A DNA stretch of 64,000 nt from Candidatus Caldarchaeum sp. GTDB taxonomy: Archaea > Thermoproteota > Nitrososphaeria_A > Caldarchaeales > Caldarchaeaceae. Made by a program: the position numbers and the translations under genes. How positions within the stretch are numbered: the first letter of the stretch is position 1; every line of letters starts with the position of its first letter. Below the pieces are notes generated by a model. It did no database searches. It saw only the letters and a list, made by a program, of their open reading frames with translations, and had not been told where the DNA came from. Positions 50,187 through 60,960 of the stretch are shown here, piece after piece. The stretch covers positions 1 through 64,000 of the forward strand of contig JAWBRA010000007.1 of assembly GCA_038844785.1 (NCBI GenBank), written 5' to 3'.

Positions 50187-53035
50187 CTACCCACCACCAC
50201 CTGCACGTACCTGAGTATCGTCACGCCTGACTGCTCGTATATAGCGCCCAAATATAAGCTATCCCCAGAAACCCAGTGTACAATAATCGCGCCGTATTTT
50301 CTCCAAGAATCTATAAACTGCTGGAACAGCTGTTTAACTTTTTCGAAATCCTGTTCGGTTGTGTAGTTTAGGCTGGAATGTCTGTAAACTATGTTGGCAT
50401 TTATCTGCTCAGCTTCCTCCGCGTCAAGACCCATCTCGGCAAGGAGCGTTTTCAGCTTTTCCATCCTCTCTTCACGTGTGAGGAGGGGAGTGGGCGGACG
50501 TGTTTGCTCGCCTGCAAGCTTGAGGAGATAGTTCTCGAAAGCCTTCTCAACCGTGTTGCCGAGCCCAACATAGTAGAGGCCTGTAAACGCAGCTCCAACC
50601 ACAGCAATCGTCCCTATTTGGGTCACAACACCTTCTCCCTCTCTCGCAGTGTAGACGGGGATTATATAGATAGGATGTTCGCCCAACTCATAAAATATTG
50701 TCTCCCCTATACGTGGTGACGCAAGCAGCGTGCTCAGTGTTCTGAAGTCGGGGTCGCGTTGAAGGGCTTGGAGAGCGGCGGAAGGACCTAGAAGCTTGGT
50801 AGGAGAGTCTAAGGGAACCTTGTAAAAGTACATCTCGCCTGTGTGTGGATAGTCGTTGCGGACAACCGCGTATCCTGCTAGGTTTAACCCTCTTGCCCCC
50901 TTAAGCTCCAGAGAGAGAATACCTATGAACTCGAGGCTGTCGGAGTTGGGAAGCCTTGTGATAACAAAGTAAACATCCATACCCTGAGGTACTTCATAAA
51001 ACTCTCTGGCCTGTATGAATGTTGCAGGATCTTGGACATGGTATATGGAGAACTGACGCACCTGGTATTCGAAAAGCTCTGCCGGATACCTTATCTGCTT
51101 TGTCAACCACTGTGGAATTTCCCGTGAAACATATTTAGAATAAACGTTTTCAAACAAGCTTGTGAAAAAGTCTTTCCCAACGATTATCAGCTTAACTGAA
51201 CCGTCGTAAACATCGACCAGAGCTAAGCCTACAAACCTTACGAAGCTGTTTCCCCTTGACCAAGGGGTTTTATCCGTTGGAAGAGAGATAATCAAAGGCA
51301 TCATCCAGTATGTTTTAACACCGTCTGTTACCGGAAACATGTCAACATACTCTTGTCTGAAAACATAGCTGAAGTAGGGGAAAAGCAAAGCCACTCTTTC
51401 GTGTACATCCCTGTAACGCAGCAAGGTGATTGTTCTATCAGGATAGCTTAGGAAGAAGGTTACGTCGTAAAACCAGCTGAGCGGTGGACTTACCCTGACC
51501 CCGCCTTTACCACTATAGACAGCGCCCCCTATCTCATCTGGAGTTTCTTTCCCTTCAACTATCGCTGCCCAAGTTGCTGAGAAAAGACTTCGGGCGCCTC
51601 CTTCGCCGTAGTAAATTCTTCTTTCGCTAAAGAACCTGGAGCTGTCGACAACCTCGCCTGTATGTGCATCTAGCATTAGAAAACCTTGAGGTATGTGTGT
51701 GTATACAAGATGCTCGTTGTACCATAGGTCTGCCGGCGTTACCGTTGGAGGTAGAACAGGCTTCATCGAAGCGCTCCAGTAAAGGCTTCCGTTAAAACGG
51801 AGTATGTCCGAATCCTCGAAATCTATGTAGGGTATCAACCCTATTTCAGGCCTTAGTTTTGCGAAGGCTGCATCCCAGTCCCACAGCCTTGTACGGCTTA
51901 GAATCTCCTTGTTCGAGTTTATGATCGTGCCGACGTCAGAAGCTTTTACATTCATCTTGCTGAAGTTGTATTGAAACACCTTGATGTTCAAGTCGGCTAG
52001 ATACCTGTTCACCTGTATCTCCTGTGTAACGTATGGTCCTCTGTACTCTATTTTCTGGGCGTCGGCGATGGTATTCTGCACAGTTACAACGGACGCTGTT
52101 GCAAGAGCCAGTATTACCAACAAACCCGCCCTCAGGTAAATGCTGTTGAGAAACCTTCTCCCGGTCAGGTCAAGGTAACCGTACAAGGCCAGTATGGCTG
52201 CCGCCGCGAAACTGGCGATGATAAGAACCTTTGAGTTGTAGTCTATGTATGTACTGAAGAAGAGGTTGAAGCCAGTCCAAGCCAGGCCTAGGCTTGCGAG
52301 AAACTCTAGAGTTGATACCTTCACAGTTATTGCTCCCGTTTCACCGAACGAGACCAAAGCCTTTGTAAAGACTTTAACTATATTGGTTAACCCCACTAGG
52401 AGCAGCAGCCTTACGCCCAAAGCGCTGAAAACAGGCGGCAGTAAAAGTATCAAAGCAGGCGATGCCTTTATTACCGCAGCGGCGCCTATTGTCTCGCCTA
52501 GTCTGAAATTTGTAAACGGCAGCAATAGTATCTTAGGGACTTCGTCGAGGCCTGATTCCCAGCCGTTCAGTAATGCAAGGAAAGACATACCAAACACGCT
52601 GTTGGAAAAGATGAAAATTCCCAACAGCAGTTTAGTAACCTGCCAAGCTGTGAAGGTTTGGACTGACAGCCGAAACCTCTCGAAGTCCAGTATCCGAGGT
52701 GAAAAACCGCCGCGCAGCATGACTAACATCGTTCGCAAGGCCCAGATTGTCACAGACTTTCTTGAACGAAAATCAAGCCTGAACAACGCTATGAATGAAA
52801 GCACAGTCCCGCCTACTATGGAGAAGTAAAACGGAAGAATGAAAAGATCACCAAACTCTAGGACGTTCAAATATACGTTAAGGAATGAACTGCCAGCTAT
52901 GGCAACGAACAAGAAAACGACAATGAGGATCACTGCAGCCGTTGTAGCGCTCCTACGAGAAACCAATCCCAACTCCCTGCCATAATCCAAACGGGATGTA
53001 TTATACGTTATCACAAATTGTTTTTTAGAAAGCAT
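50183..53035 (-). CDS. UPF0182-family membrane protein
   Basis: Multiple N-terminal TMs, RLWD, HLVYTH, RIYYGE, RYPAELF, GPSAA; start uncertain. Confidence 0.85.
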   Translation of the reverse strand: MLSKKQFVITYNTSRLDYGRELGLVSRRSATTAAVILIVVFLFVAIAGSSFLNVYLNVLEFGDLFILPFYFSIVGGTVLSFIALFRLDFRSRKSVTIWALRTMLVMLRGGFSPRILDFERFRLSVQTFTAWQVTKLLLGIFIFSNSVFGMSFLALLNGWESGLDEVPKILLLPFTNFRLGETIGAAAVIKASPALILLLPPVFSALGVRLLLLVGLTNIVKVFTKALVSFGETGAITVKVSTLEFLASLGLAWTGFNLFFSTYIDYNSKVLIIASFAAAAILALYGYLDLTGRRFLNSIYLRAGLLVILALATASVVTVQNTIADAQKIEYRGPYVTQEIQVNRYLADLNIKVFQYNFSKMNVKASDVGTIINSNKEILSRTRLWDWDAAFAKLRPEIGLIPYIDFEDSDILRFNGSLYWSASMKPVLPPTVTPADLWYNEHLVYTHIPQGFLMLDAHTGEVVDSSRFFSERRIYYGEGGARSLFSATWAAIVEGKETPDEIGGAVYSGKGGVRVSPPLSWFYDVTFFLSYPDRTITLLRYRDVHERVALLFPYFSYVFRQEYVDMFPVTDGVKTYWMMPLIISLPTDKTPWSRGNSFVRFVGLALVDVYDGSVKLIIVGKDFFTSLFENVYSKYVSREIPQWLTKQIRYPAELFEYQVRQFSIYHVQDPATFIQAREFYEVPQGMDVYFVITRLPNSDSLEFIGILSLELKGARGLNLAGYAVVRNDYPHTGEMYFYKVPLDSPTKLLGPSAALQALQRDPDFRTLSTLLASPRIGETIFYELGEHPIYIIPVYTAREGEGVVTQIGTIAVVGAAFTGLYYVGLGNTVEKAFENYLLKLAGEQTRPPTPLLTREERMEKLKTLLAEMGLDAEEAEQINANIVYRHSSLNYTTEQDFEKVKQLFQQFIDSWRKYGAIIVHWVSGDSLYLGAIYEQSGVTILRYVQVVVGS

Positions 53036-53056
53036 TCACAACAAGGTCGGTAAGTC

Positions 53057-54751
53057 ATGGAGAAGCATCTATCGGGTGGCGGGCTCCTTCTTCTGACTCT
53101 GAAGAAAGCGGGTGTAGACTATTTCTTTATCAACTCTGGAACAGAGTACGCTGCTCTTCTCATCGACTATCAACGGATGGGGCGGTCTGACAGGCCGGAA
53201 ATGGTTGTATCTCTTCATGAGTCAACAGCTGTATCCGCGGCATACGGATATGGGTTGAAGAGCGACAAGCCATGCGCAGTCCTTGTTCACACCGTTCCGG
53301 GTGTGACAAACTCTCTTTCAAACTTGCTGAACGCCTTCTCCGCCAGAATTCCCCTGATTTTGGTGTCGGGTGTTACTCCTTTCTCGAATCAAGGCTACGC
53401 AGGCTCCAAAAACATACGTGTCCACTGGGGTCAGGATGTAAAAAGTATCCAGGAAATCGTCCGACAGTTTGTTAAATGGGATTATTTAATCAAGTCTGTT
53501 GATGAGATACCATCAGCGGTAGCCAGAGCCGTTGAAGTTTCAATGACGTCGCCTGAGGGCCCCGTATACATAGGCATATACAGAGAGTGGCTTATGATGA
53601 AGGCTGGCGAACAATTCAAAGCACCTAAGCCAACGTCAGTTTCCAGACCTGCACCAGACCCCTCCTCAGTGAAACAGGTTGTGGAGAAACTGCTGGGGGC
53701 TGAGTATCCTGTTGTTTTGACGCGGTCAGCTGGACGGTGGGTGGAAAATGTGGAGTTGTTGGTTAGGCTGGCTGAGCTTGTTGGATGCAGAGTCAGCCTG
53801 CCGGTAGGCGATTACGTGAACTTTCCAACCACCAATCCATTCTCTGCCCAGTTCAAGCTTTCTGATGCTGACTTTATCTTAGCTGTTGAGAACGATGTTC
53901 CATGGATTCCGTCGAGAGAATCACCTCGAGATGATGCGTACAAAATCTACGTGAGCACAGACCCTTTGATGACAAATTACGGCGTATGGGGTTTCAGCTT
54001 CGACAAAGCCATACAAAGCCACAGCAAGCTCTTCCTCGAAGCGGTTGTTAAAGAGCTGGAGAAGTCCAAACAGTATCTGAAGAAAGATGTTGTAGAGGAG
54101 AGGAGGGGCAAAGCTTTTGAGGACTGGACCAGTGAAAAAAAGGCTAGGGATAGGGAGGTTGAATCGGATTTTAGGTACGGTATTTTAACGAAGAGGTTTG
54201 CGTCACACATTCTCGGACAAGTGGTTTCAAAGAACACAGTCATAGTTAACGAGTATTCATTAAGGCCTGAGTACCTTGTTTTTGAGAGCGCCGGGACCTA
54301 TTTTGGCGAGCCTCCCGCTGGTGCGTTGGGCTGGGGTCTTGGAGCTGCGCTGGGCATTAAGCTGGCTGAGCCGGACAGGGATGTGGTGGTTGTAGTTGGA
54401 GACGGTAGCTATGTCTTCAACAATCCAGTTTCAGCACATTGTATGAGTCTGTGGTACAACCTGCCGATTCTCGTTGTTATTTTAAACGATGGACGTTGGG
54501 GTGATGTTAAACGGAGCATTCTAGACTCAGGGTTATACTCATCTTTCGAGGATGTTAACAAGCTAGAGGGTGTGGATTTCCCTATGGCGATAGATTTAAA
54601 CGGCCTTGCCCAAGGCTTAGGCTTAGAGGGATACAACGTTGAGGAAGTATCCATGTTGAAAGAAGTTTTATCAAAAGCCTTTGCCGCCGTGAAATCAGGA
54701 AAGCCAGCCGTTGTAGATGTCAAAATATCTAGTAGAGCAGGCCTCGTCTAA
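53057..54751 (+). CDS. TPP-dependent enzyme (acetolactate synthase/benzoylformate decarboxylase-like)
   Basis: NSGTE, LHESTAV, GPVY, LGWGLG, GDGS...LNDGRW TPP motif. Confidence 0.88.
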   Translation: MEKHLSGGGLLLLTLKKAGVDYFFINSGTEYAALLIDYQRMGRSDRPEMVVSLHESTAVSAAYGYGLKSDKPCAVLVHTVPGVTNSLSNLLNAFSARIPLILVSGVTPFSNQGYAGSKNIRVHWGQDVKSIQEIVRQFVKWDYLIKSVDEIPSAVARAVEVSMTSPEGPVYIGIYREWLMMKAGEQFKAPKPTSVSRPAPDPSSVKQVVEKLLGAEYPVVLTRSAGRWVENVELLVRLAELVGCRVSLPVGDYVNFPTTNPFSAQFKLSDADFILAVENDVPWIPSRESPRDDAYKIYVSTDPLMTNYGVWGFSFDKAIQSHSKLFLEAVVKELEKSKQYLKKDVVEERRGKAFEDWTSEKKARDREVESDFRYGILTKRFASHILGQVVSKNTVIVNEYSLRPEYLVFESAGTYFGEPPAGALGWGLGAALGIKLAEPDRDVVVVVGDGSYVFNNPVSAHCMSLWYNLPILVVILNDGRWGDVKRSILDSGLYSSFEDVNKLEGVDFPMAIDLNGLAQGLGLEGYNVEEVSMLKEVLSKAFAAVKSGKPAVVDVKISSRAGLV

Positions 54752-56285
54752 GACCTAGGTAAACAGCGGACAACAATGAAGGAATTACTGCGCACGCGGA
54801 GACAACGTTGGCCAGAGAAATAGTTAGACGGGGTTGTTCAGCAACATCACGCAGGTACATCACGTAATCAGTTAACCATTTTTCCGAAGGTGTTGATTCT
54901 CCTGCCAAAGCTTTCCAACCTTTGACAAATGTCGGGCTTTCAAAAGTTGGTGTTAAACCATTGTTCGACGGGAAAACTATGAAGAAAAGCAGGGAAAAAG
55001 CTACGGCAGCTCCGGCGTACTTATTCCACGCTGCAACCCTGGATATCGCGTAGGCTGCTAAGAAAGACATCGGGGGAACCGCTTGAACCAAAAACCTATA
55101 CTCCAAGTGAGTGAACACAAACACGTAGGGGATTGTCACGGCAGCCCATACAATCGCAGGTCTGGCTTGAGCTACTCCGTTTTTTACCGTTAACAGGCAG
55201 CCTGCGGCGGACAGCAGAACTAGCGGTAGGGTAAGCAGCTCTACCGAGGCAGTAGACCACGCCACGATTCTTTGAACAGTATTTAAACCCTGTTTAGTGA
55301 TGCCATCCCGTACCATGATTGAGTGAGACACCGGACGTGATAAAACCCCTTTACCCGCTATCTGAAACTCATCACCCAGCCTGACGTTGTCGATGAAGAA
55401 TGGATAAAGCAAAACAACACAAACAACTATTCCTAGGAATATATCGAGACTCCTTTCCCCGATGCTGGGCCTTGCAGACAGTAAGTTTTTCTGTTCATAG
55501 ACCTTGTAAACAGCCATGACAGCGAAGAGGAACGACAAAACTAGGAAGGGTGCAAAAGTTCTATCTAGGATGACGGGGGTGATGATGTCGGAGAGTCTTT
55601 GCAGAAAGACTTCTTGAGACATGGAAAGCGCTAAGTACGCTGTGGCCGCCAAAACGGATAATACGAACAGCTTAAACCACTTTGGGGCCCTAGCCACCCA
55701 AACCATGGAAAGAATCAAACAAGGTATTAGCAGCATGTTCTGGTCTCTTGCCACTATGGACGCGGCGAGAAGACTGCCAGCAACCCACATGTACGGTCCA
55801 AACCTCAAGCCCAAGCCGAAACAGAGGATGGTTAGAAAGGCTAGGACGGAGCCGAACGCGTCGGTCAAAATGTATGAAGTTGTGAGGACAAAATAATCGA
55901 GGAAAACCATTATCAACGAGGTGAGCAGGCCGGCTGAAACGCTTCTGAATATCTTCGCCGTCAGAAGATAAATGGCTGCGACGCCTAGGCTTGTCATCAA
56001 CGGCGAAACAAGCCTAGCCCATTCCACAGGCGATCCTGTCAGATAAACTGCTGTCAAAAGCCACCAGAAAAGCGGCGGCCTCTCCTCGGCGAAAGGGCCC
56101 CACACCTTCGAAGGCTCTATGCGGCCGCTTGCGATGAGAGCGTTGTTTATGTAGGCTTTGTCATCCCAGAAGGGTGCTTCATTAACCAATGCTGGCGGCA
56201 GATATGTGAGGAGGGCGGCGGCGAAAACAACAACAAAAAAATATGTATGACGTTCTTTAGACATCTGAATTGCTTTTTCCACCAT
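54729..56285 (-). CDS. GT-C (PMT/ArnT-like, GT39/83) glycosyltransferase
   Basis: WDD..Y, ERPPLFWWLL, ARLVS, ILTD, EYRF; many TMs. Confidence 0.78.
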   Translation of the reverse strand: MVEKAIQMSKERHTYFFVVVFAAALLTYLPPALVNEAPFWDDKAYINNALIASGRIEPSKVWGPFAEERPPLFWWLLTAVYLTGSPVEWARLVSPLMTSLGVAAIYLLTAKIFRSVSAGLLTSLIMVFLDYFVLTTSYILTDAFGSVLAFLTILCFGLGLRFGPYMWVAGSLLAASIVARDQNMLLIPCLILSMVWVARAPKWFKLFVLSVLAATAYLALSMSQEVFLQRLSDIITPVILDRTFAPFLVLSFLFAVMAVYKVYEQKNLLSARPSIGERSLDIFLGIVVCVVLLYPFFIDNVRLGDEFQIAGKGVLSRPVSHSIMVRDGITKQGLNTVQRIVAWSTASVELLTLPLVLLSAAGCLLTVKNGVAQARPAIVWAAVTIPYVFVFTHLEYRFLVQAVPPMSFLAAYAISRVAAWNKYAGAAVAFSLLFFIVFPSNNGLTPTFESPTFVKGWKALAGESTPSEKWLTDYVMYLRDVAEQPRLTISLANVVSACAVIPSLLSAVYLGLRRGLLY

Positions 56286-56291
56286 GATGCT

Positions 56292-56717
56292 TTAGGGATA
56301 TTTACCGCAGTTGTAGCAGTACCAGCGTTGGTATTGTTCAATCCACGTCAGTTCTTTGCCGCATGTTGGACACACCGCCTTTTCCTTACGACCTATTGGA
56401 AGCTTTGAAGCCACTGATGAAAGCAGCCCGCCGCGCGGTTGCTGACCCGTAGTCGGGGCTGCGGGGGGCGTGTAGGGTACGGCAGGCGGTGCCTCGGGCT
56501 GTTTAAGCTCCACCTTCTCCTTCAAAATAACTATGTCGCCTGCAGCACCAACCATGCTCCATGGAATCCGTTCGACGATGTTGAACTTTGACATCACCTG
56601 AAGGCTTATTTCACCTCCTCCTACAGGCAGCTCAATGTCTGAGACTGTTCCCACCAATGTGCCGTCGGGGTTGTAAACCTGCATGCCTATCAGCTTTCCT
56701 CTCGGTATGGAAGACAA
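56292..56717 (-). CDS. PRC-barrel protein with Pro-rich linker and C-terminal Zn ribbon
   Basis: LIGMQVYNPDG..VG.V.DI...IPW..V.AAGDIVIL; CPTCG...WYCYNC. Confidence 0.8.
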   Translation of the reverse strand: MSSIPRGKLIGMQVYNPDGTLVGTVSDIELPVGGGEISLQVMSKFNIVERIPWSMVGAAGDIVILKEKVELKQPEAPPAVPYTPPAAPTTGQQPRGGLLSSVASKLPIGRKEKAVCPTCGKELTWIEQYQRWYCYNCGKYP

Positions 56718-56807
56718 TCCTGCTCGTTAAGAAGCTTCATCGGGAGGATATATGGGTTTCACATCTGGATCCTGTTCGATGAAATTCAACTGACCAGATG
56801 CTGTCCG

Positions 56808-59174
56808 CTAATGAGGGGCCTCTGCTTGTTTGACGGCTGTGTAGATTTTTTCAGGCTTTAACGGCATGTCCAAATGCGTTATTCCAAGCTGTTTCAGTGC
56901 GTCTAGCACAGCGTTTACGACTGCGGGCGTGGAGGCTATCGTTCCAGCTTCACCCACCCCCTTAACACCCAAAGGGTTGTGGGGAGATGGAGTAACAGTG
57001 GAATCTGTGCGTATCTGGGGGATTTCGTTAGCCGTGGGAACCAGATATTCGTTCAAGTCGCCGGTGAGAAGGTTGCCCTGCTGGTCGTAAACAGCTTCTT
57101 CATAAAGCGCTTGCGCCAAGCCCTGCGCTATTCCGCCGTGAACCTGCCCCTCCACTATCATGGGGTTTATTCTTCTCCCGCAGTCGTCTACTGCAACGTA
57201 GTCGAGAATCTTGACATGGCCTGTATCAGGGTCTATTTCCACGGTGCATACATGTGTTCCGAAGGGGAATGTGAAGTTGGGCGGGTCATAGAAGACGGTG
57301 GCCTCCAACCCGGGCTCCAGTCCAGCAGGCAGTTCGTTCGCGCCAGCAGCATAGCTTGCATAAGCTACTTCAGCAAAAGTCTTGCTTTTGTCAGGCATTC
57401 CTTTCACGTAGAACTTTCCATTGCTATATTCTATATCTCTCTCACCGGCTTCAAGCAGGTGTGCTGCGATTTTCACGGCCTTTTCCAGTATCCTATCGCA
57501 TGCAATAGCTATAGAGGCGCCAGCTACAGGCGTTGTCCTGCTTCCATACGTTCCCATCCCGAAAGGCACCATCGCCGTGTCGCCGTGAAGTATCTCAACG
57601 TCATCTAGAGGTATCTGCAGCCGATCGGCCGCTATCTGGGCGAAGGTCGTCTCCTCGCCCTGACCATGTGGATGACCTCCGATGTACACTGAAACCTTTC
57701 CGCTGGGGTGAACTCTGACGACGGTGCTCTCCCATAAGCCCAGCCCGAAGCCTGTAGCCCTAGCCACTGAAGAGGGGCCCATGCCGCATATCTCGACATA
57801 TGATGAGATGCCTATTCCAACCAGCCTACCCTTCTTCCTCAATTCTTCTTGGTCTTTTCTTTTCTTCCAGTAACCGGCGAGCTCCACCGCCTTGACGAAG
57901 GCTTTTTCATAGTCTCCGCTGTCGTAGGTGATTCCTATCGGCTTGGCGCTGTACGGGAACTCGTCAGGACGAACAAAGTTTAGACGTCTAATTTCCGCAG
58001 GGTCCTTACCTATTTTCATTGCAAGAATATCCATGATTCTCTCTAGAAGGTATGTTGCCTCAGGTCTTCCAGCGCCTCTGTAAGCGTCGACGGGAGCCGT
58101 ATTAGTCAGCACGCCTGTTACACTGACGTCGACGGCGGGAACACGGTAAGGCCCGCTGAGCATTGGGCCGAAGAGAATTGTGGGAATCCCAGGTGCCGCG
58201 GTCGAGAGATAGGCACCCATGTTGGCGTAGACTTTGGCCCGGAGGCCTAGAAGCCTGCCTTCTCTGTCGGCGGCAACATCAACGTATTGTACATGGTCGC
58301 GTCCATGTATCGTTGCTTTGAGGTTCTCGCTTCTGCTCTCCCACCATTTGACAGGCCGCTTCAACCTCTTAGATAGGTGGAGTAGGACAGCCTCAGGACC
58401 GTAGCAATGTATTTTAGATCCGAACCCGCCTCCAACATCCAACGACACAACCCTGAGCTTGTGCTCGGGATGGCCGGTCATGGCTGACAGAAGAAGTCTA
58501 TGCACGTGCGGGTTCTGCGAAGTGATGTACACAGTCGCCTCATCAGTTGTCGGGTTATAGTCTGCTAGAACAGCCCTGGCCTCAATCGGTGTAGGCTGAA
58601 GCCTGCTGTTGATGATTCGTTGGTTGAACACGACGTCGGCTTTCGAGAAAGCGTTTTCAACATCTCCGCCCGAAGCCTGCCAAGTGAAGGCCTTGTTGTT
58701 TGGTATGTCGTCGTATAGCTGTGGGGCGTTCTAATTCACAGCTTCCTCAGCGTTTACAACACAGGGTAGGACTTCGTACCCCACGTTAACAAGCTCCGCT
58801 GCGTCGAGAGCAGCTTCGTATGATTCAGCCACAACGACTGCGACAGGGTCGCCGACAAACCTCACCTTGTCAACTGCGAGCGGCATATACCTTGGAATTT
58901 TGAGGTTTGAGCCTGGAATCTGCCATGCACATGGAACAGGACCCACGTAATACTTTATGTCGCCACCGATAACCACGTCCAGAACGCCTCGAACACTCCT
59001 AGCCTTCGACACATCAATATTCTTCACCTTCGCGTGAGCGTAGGGGCTTCGGATAAAATAGGCGTAAACCATGCCTGGAAGTTTCAGATTCGCCGTAAAC
59101 CTTCCCCTTCCAGTTAAAAGCCGCGGGTCCTCCCTGCGTTTTATACTGGCTCCGAATAACCTGGCTACGGCCAT
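56808..59174 (-). pseudogene. CoxL/CutL-like (form II) Mo-hydroxylase large subunit interrupted by one in-frame TAG (58731-58733)
   Basis: Both ORFs in the same frame; RREDPRLLTG, VGGGFGSK, AYRGAGRPE, GVKGVGEAG. Confidence 0.88.
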
Positions 59175-59214
59175 CGCTGAAGACGTTTATCAAAATTATA
59201 TAAACTTTAAAGCC

Positions 59215-59880
59215 TCACAACAGAAGGGAAACCCCGTAAACGGTTACGAAAGATGTCAGGGGCACGTTAATGTTGTCGTCGATTTTCCCGAACTCAAACT
59301 TTTCCACGACTGATGCAACAGCCCCTGAAACAGCTCCCGCTACATCAAGCATCGCAAAGCCAGTCGGCACGCAGAATAAGGCCATGGCCAAGTTTCCCCA
59401 CCATGACTTCGTTCTCCTACGGTAGAGAGCATTCCTCACAAGACCCGTGACGCCGTCGCCGACGCTCATGAAAAGTGTGGGCAAGATGCCTATTCTCAAA
59501 TCACCGAGCAAGAACCCCAGCCCCATAATGAGCCCCCACATGATTATGAAATGGACCTCAAACATGTTCTCCTCAACCTGATACCAGTGGTAAAGCTTGC
59601 CGCGTTTGTGAGGGATGTAGTTGCCCACGGCTAGCACCGCTACGAGCACTGTGACGAGCAACAGGTTATTGAGCACGTACGGCACCAATATCGCCACAAG
59701 CCCACCGGCCAGTATGTGTATAATCTTCCTGTTGTAGTAGACGGCTACGTGATGTTCAACGCCCTTAGTCACCATCTTCTCATAGATTTTCCTGGTCAGG
59801 AAGAGGCTTACGAACAAAACCCAAGCAAACAGGGCTGTCGTGGCCAACACCTCGTTCAGCGTGAAGGTGACTTGGACCAT
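59215..59880 (-). CDS. Dolichol/phytol kinase-like membrane protein
   Basis: RKIIHIL.GG, GDGVTGLV, KSWWG, DDNINVP. Confidence 0.82.
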   Translation of the reverse strand: MVQVTFTLNEVLATTALFAWVLFVSLFLTRKIYEKMVTKGVEHHVAVYYNRKIIHILAGGLVAILVPYVLNNLLLVTVLVAVLAVGNYIPHKRGKLYHWYQVEENMFEVHFIIMWGLIMGLGFLLGDLRIGILPTLFMSVGDGVTGLVRNALYRRRTKSWWGNLAMALFCVPTGFAMLDVAGAVSGAVASVVEKFEFGKIDDNINVPLTSFVTVYGVSLLL

Positions 59881-59929
59881 CGCAATACAACTCTTCTCAA
59901 ATTATATAAAATTTTCAATGAATCCTGTT

Positions 59930-60614
59930 GGGACTGTCAACTTAAGGTCTATGGCCTGGGTCTTCCCATTCGTTGGGTGTGGATAGAGTTGGGGTCGGCC
60001 TAGGCCGTCTTATAGGTTTCTTTGGTGATAGGAATGTCTTTTTCCGTCTCAGGACGCCTCCGTGGGTGAGGGCTCTCGGCGTCAGGCTGTATGTGGAGGG
60101 GCTTAGCCTCAGGAGGGTAGCGGGGATATTATGCGAGCTAGGATTCCAGGTAAGCCATGAGTCTGTCAGGGATTGGTTCCAAAGGGCCGGTGAGGCCTTC
60201 TCACTTGTAGATAGGCGTAGGCTTGGGCCGATAGCTGTAGATGAGACAGTAATCCGTAATCTCGTCAGGAGGGCCTATGTATGGGCTGCTAGGGAGGTTG
60301 GGGGAGGAGAGGTATTAGCCATACAGGTATCGAGGGGTCGTGGAATAGGGGAATGACAAGGTTTATGGAGAATGTAAAGAAGGCATGCGCTAACAACCCT
60401 ACAGTCTACACGGATAGGGCTCCATGGTATGGATGGCCTATGAAGGTTCTGGGCTTGAGGAGGGTGGAGACGTTCGGTAGGAGGAACACGATAGAGTCTT
60501 GGTTCAGCAAGCTCAAGAGGAGGATAAAACAGTTCAACACATGCTTCCCAACATACAGGCCTAAGGTATCAGAGAAGTGGATAAAGTCATGGATGACCTT
60601 AAGTTGACAGTCCC
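59930..60614 (+). mobile_element. IS6-family insertion sequence (685 bp) with perfect 20-bp IRs and 9-bp target duplication
   Basis: IRL GGGACTGTCAACTTAAGGTC 59930-59949, IRR 60595-60614; AATCCTGTT at 59921-59929 and 60615-60623. Confidence 0.95.
59973..60607 (+). pseudogene. IS6-family DDE transposase, frameshifted near 60353
   Basis: GLSLRR, VSHESVRDW, VDET / YTDRAPWY / NTIESWFSKLKRR split across two frames. Confidence 0.88.
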
Positions 60615-60666
60615 AATCCTGTTTACGCGGCATAAACAAATATTAGACGAAGTTGTGCAGCGGGTT

Positions 60667-60960
60667 ATGGACATCAGGTCAGCTCAGAAGCATCTCGACG
60701 AGGTTTACGGCGACAGGGACAGGGTCCGGGGTGTCGCCAAGACTCTCGCGTGGCTTGTCTCAGAGGTTGGGGAGCTGGCTGAAGCGATAGTTCAGAACCT
60801 CGGCGACGAACGTCTTCGTGAGGAGGCTGCCGATGTAGCCGCTTGGCTTCTCAGCCTCTGCAACGTGGCAGCCATAGATTTGGAGGAGGCTTTTCTACGT
60901 AAATACGGAGCTGGATGTCCACGATGCGGCTCAAAGCCATGCGTTTGCCCACTGGCTTAA
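60667..60960 (+). CDS. MazG-like nucleotide pyrophosphohydrolase
   Basis: WLVSEVGELAEA...EEAADV.AWL.SL.N; CPRCG..PC.C. Confidence 0.88.
   Translation: MDIRSAQKHLDEVYGDRDRVRGVAKTLAWLVSEVGELAEAIVQNLGDERLREEAADVAAWLLSLCNVAAIDLEEAFLRKYGAGCPRCGSKPCVCPLA

Noticed and set aside
58731-58733. Pyrrolysine readthrough of the TAG in the CoxL-like gene
   Set aside because: No pyl genes in the window, TAG is a normal stop in many genes here, and the position is a variable loop
56808-59174. True aerobic CO dehydrogenase (form I)
   Set aside because: Motif is AYRGAGR, not AYXCSFR, and no cox accessory genes are adjacent
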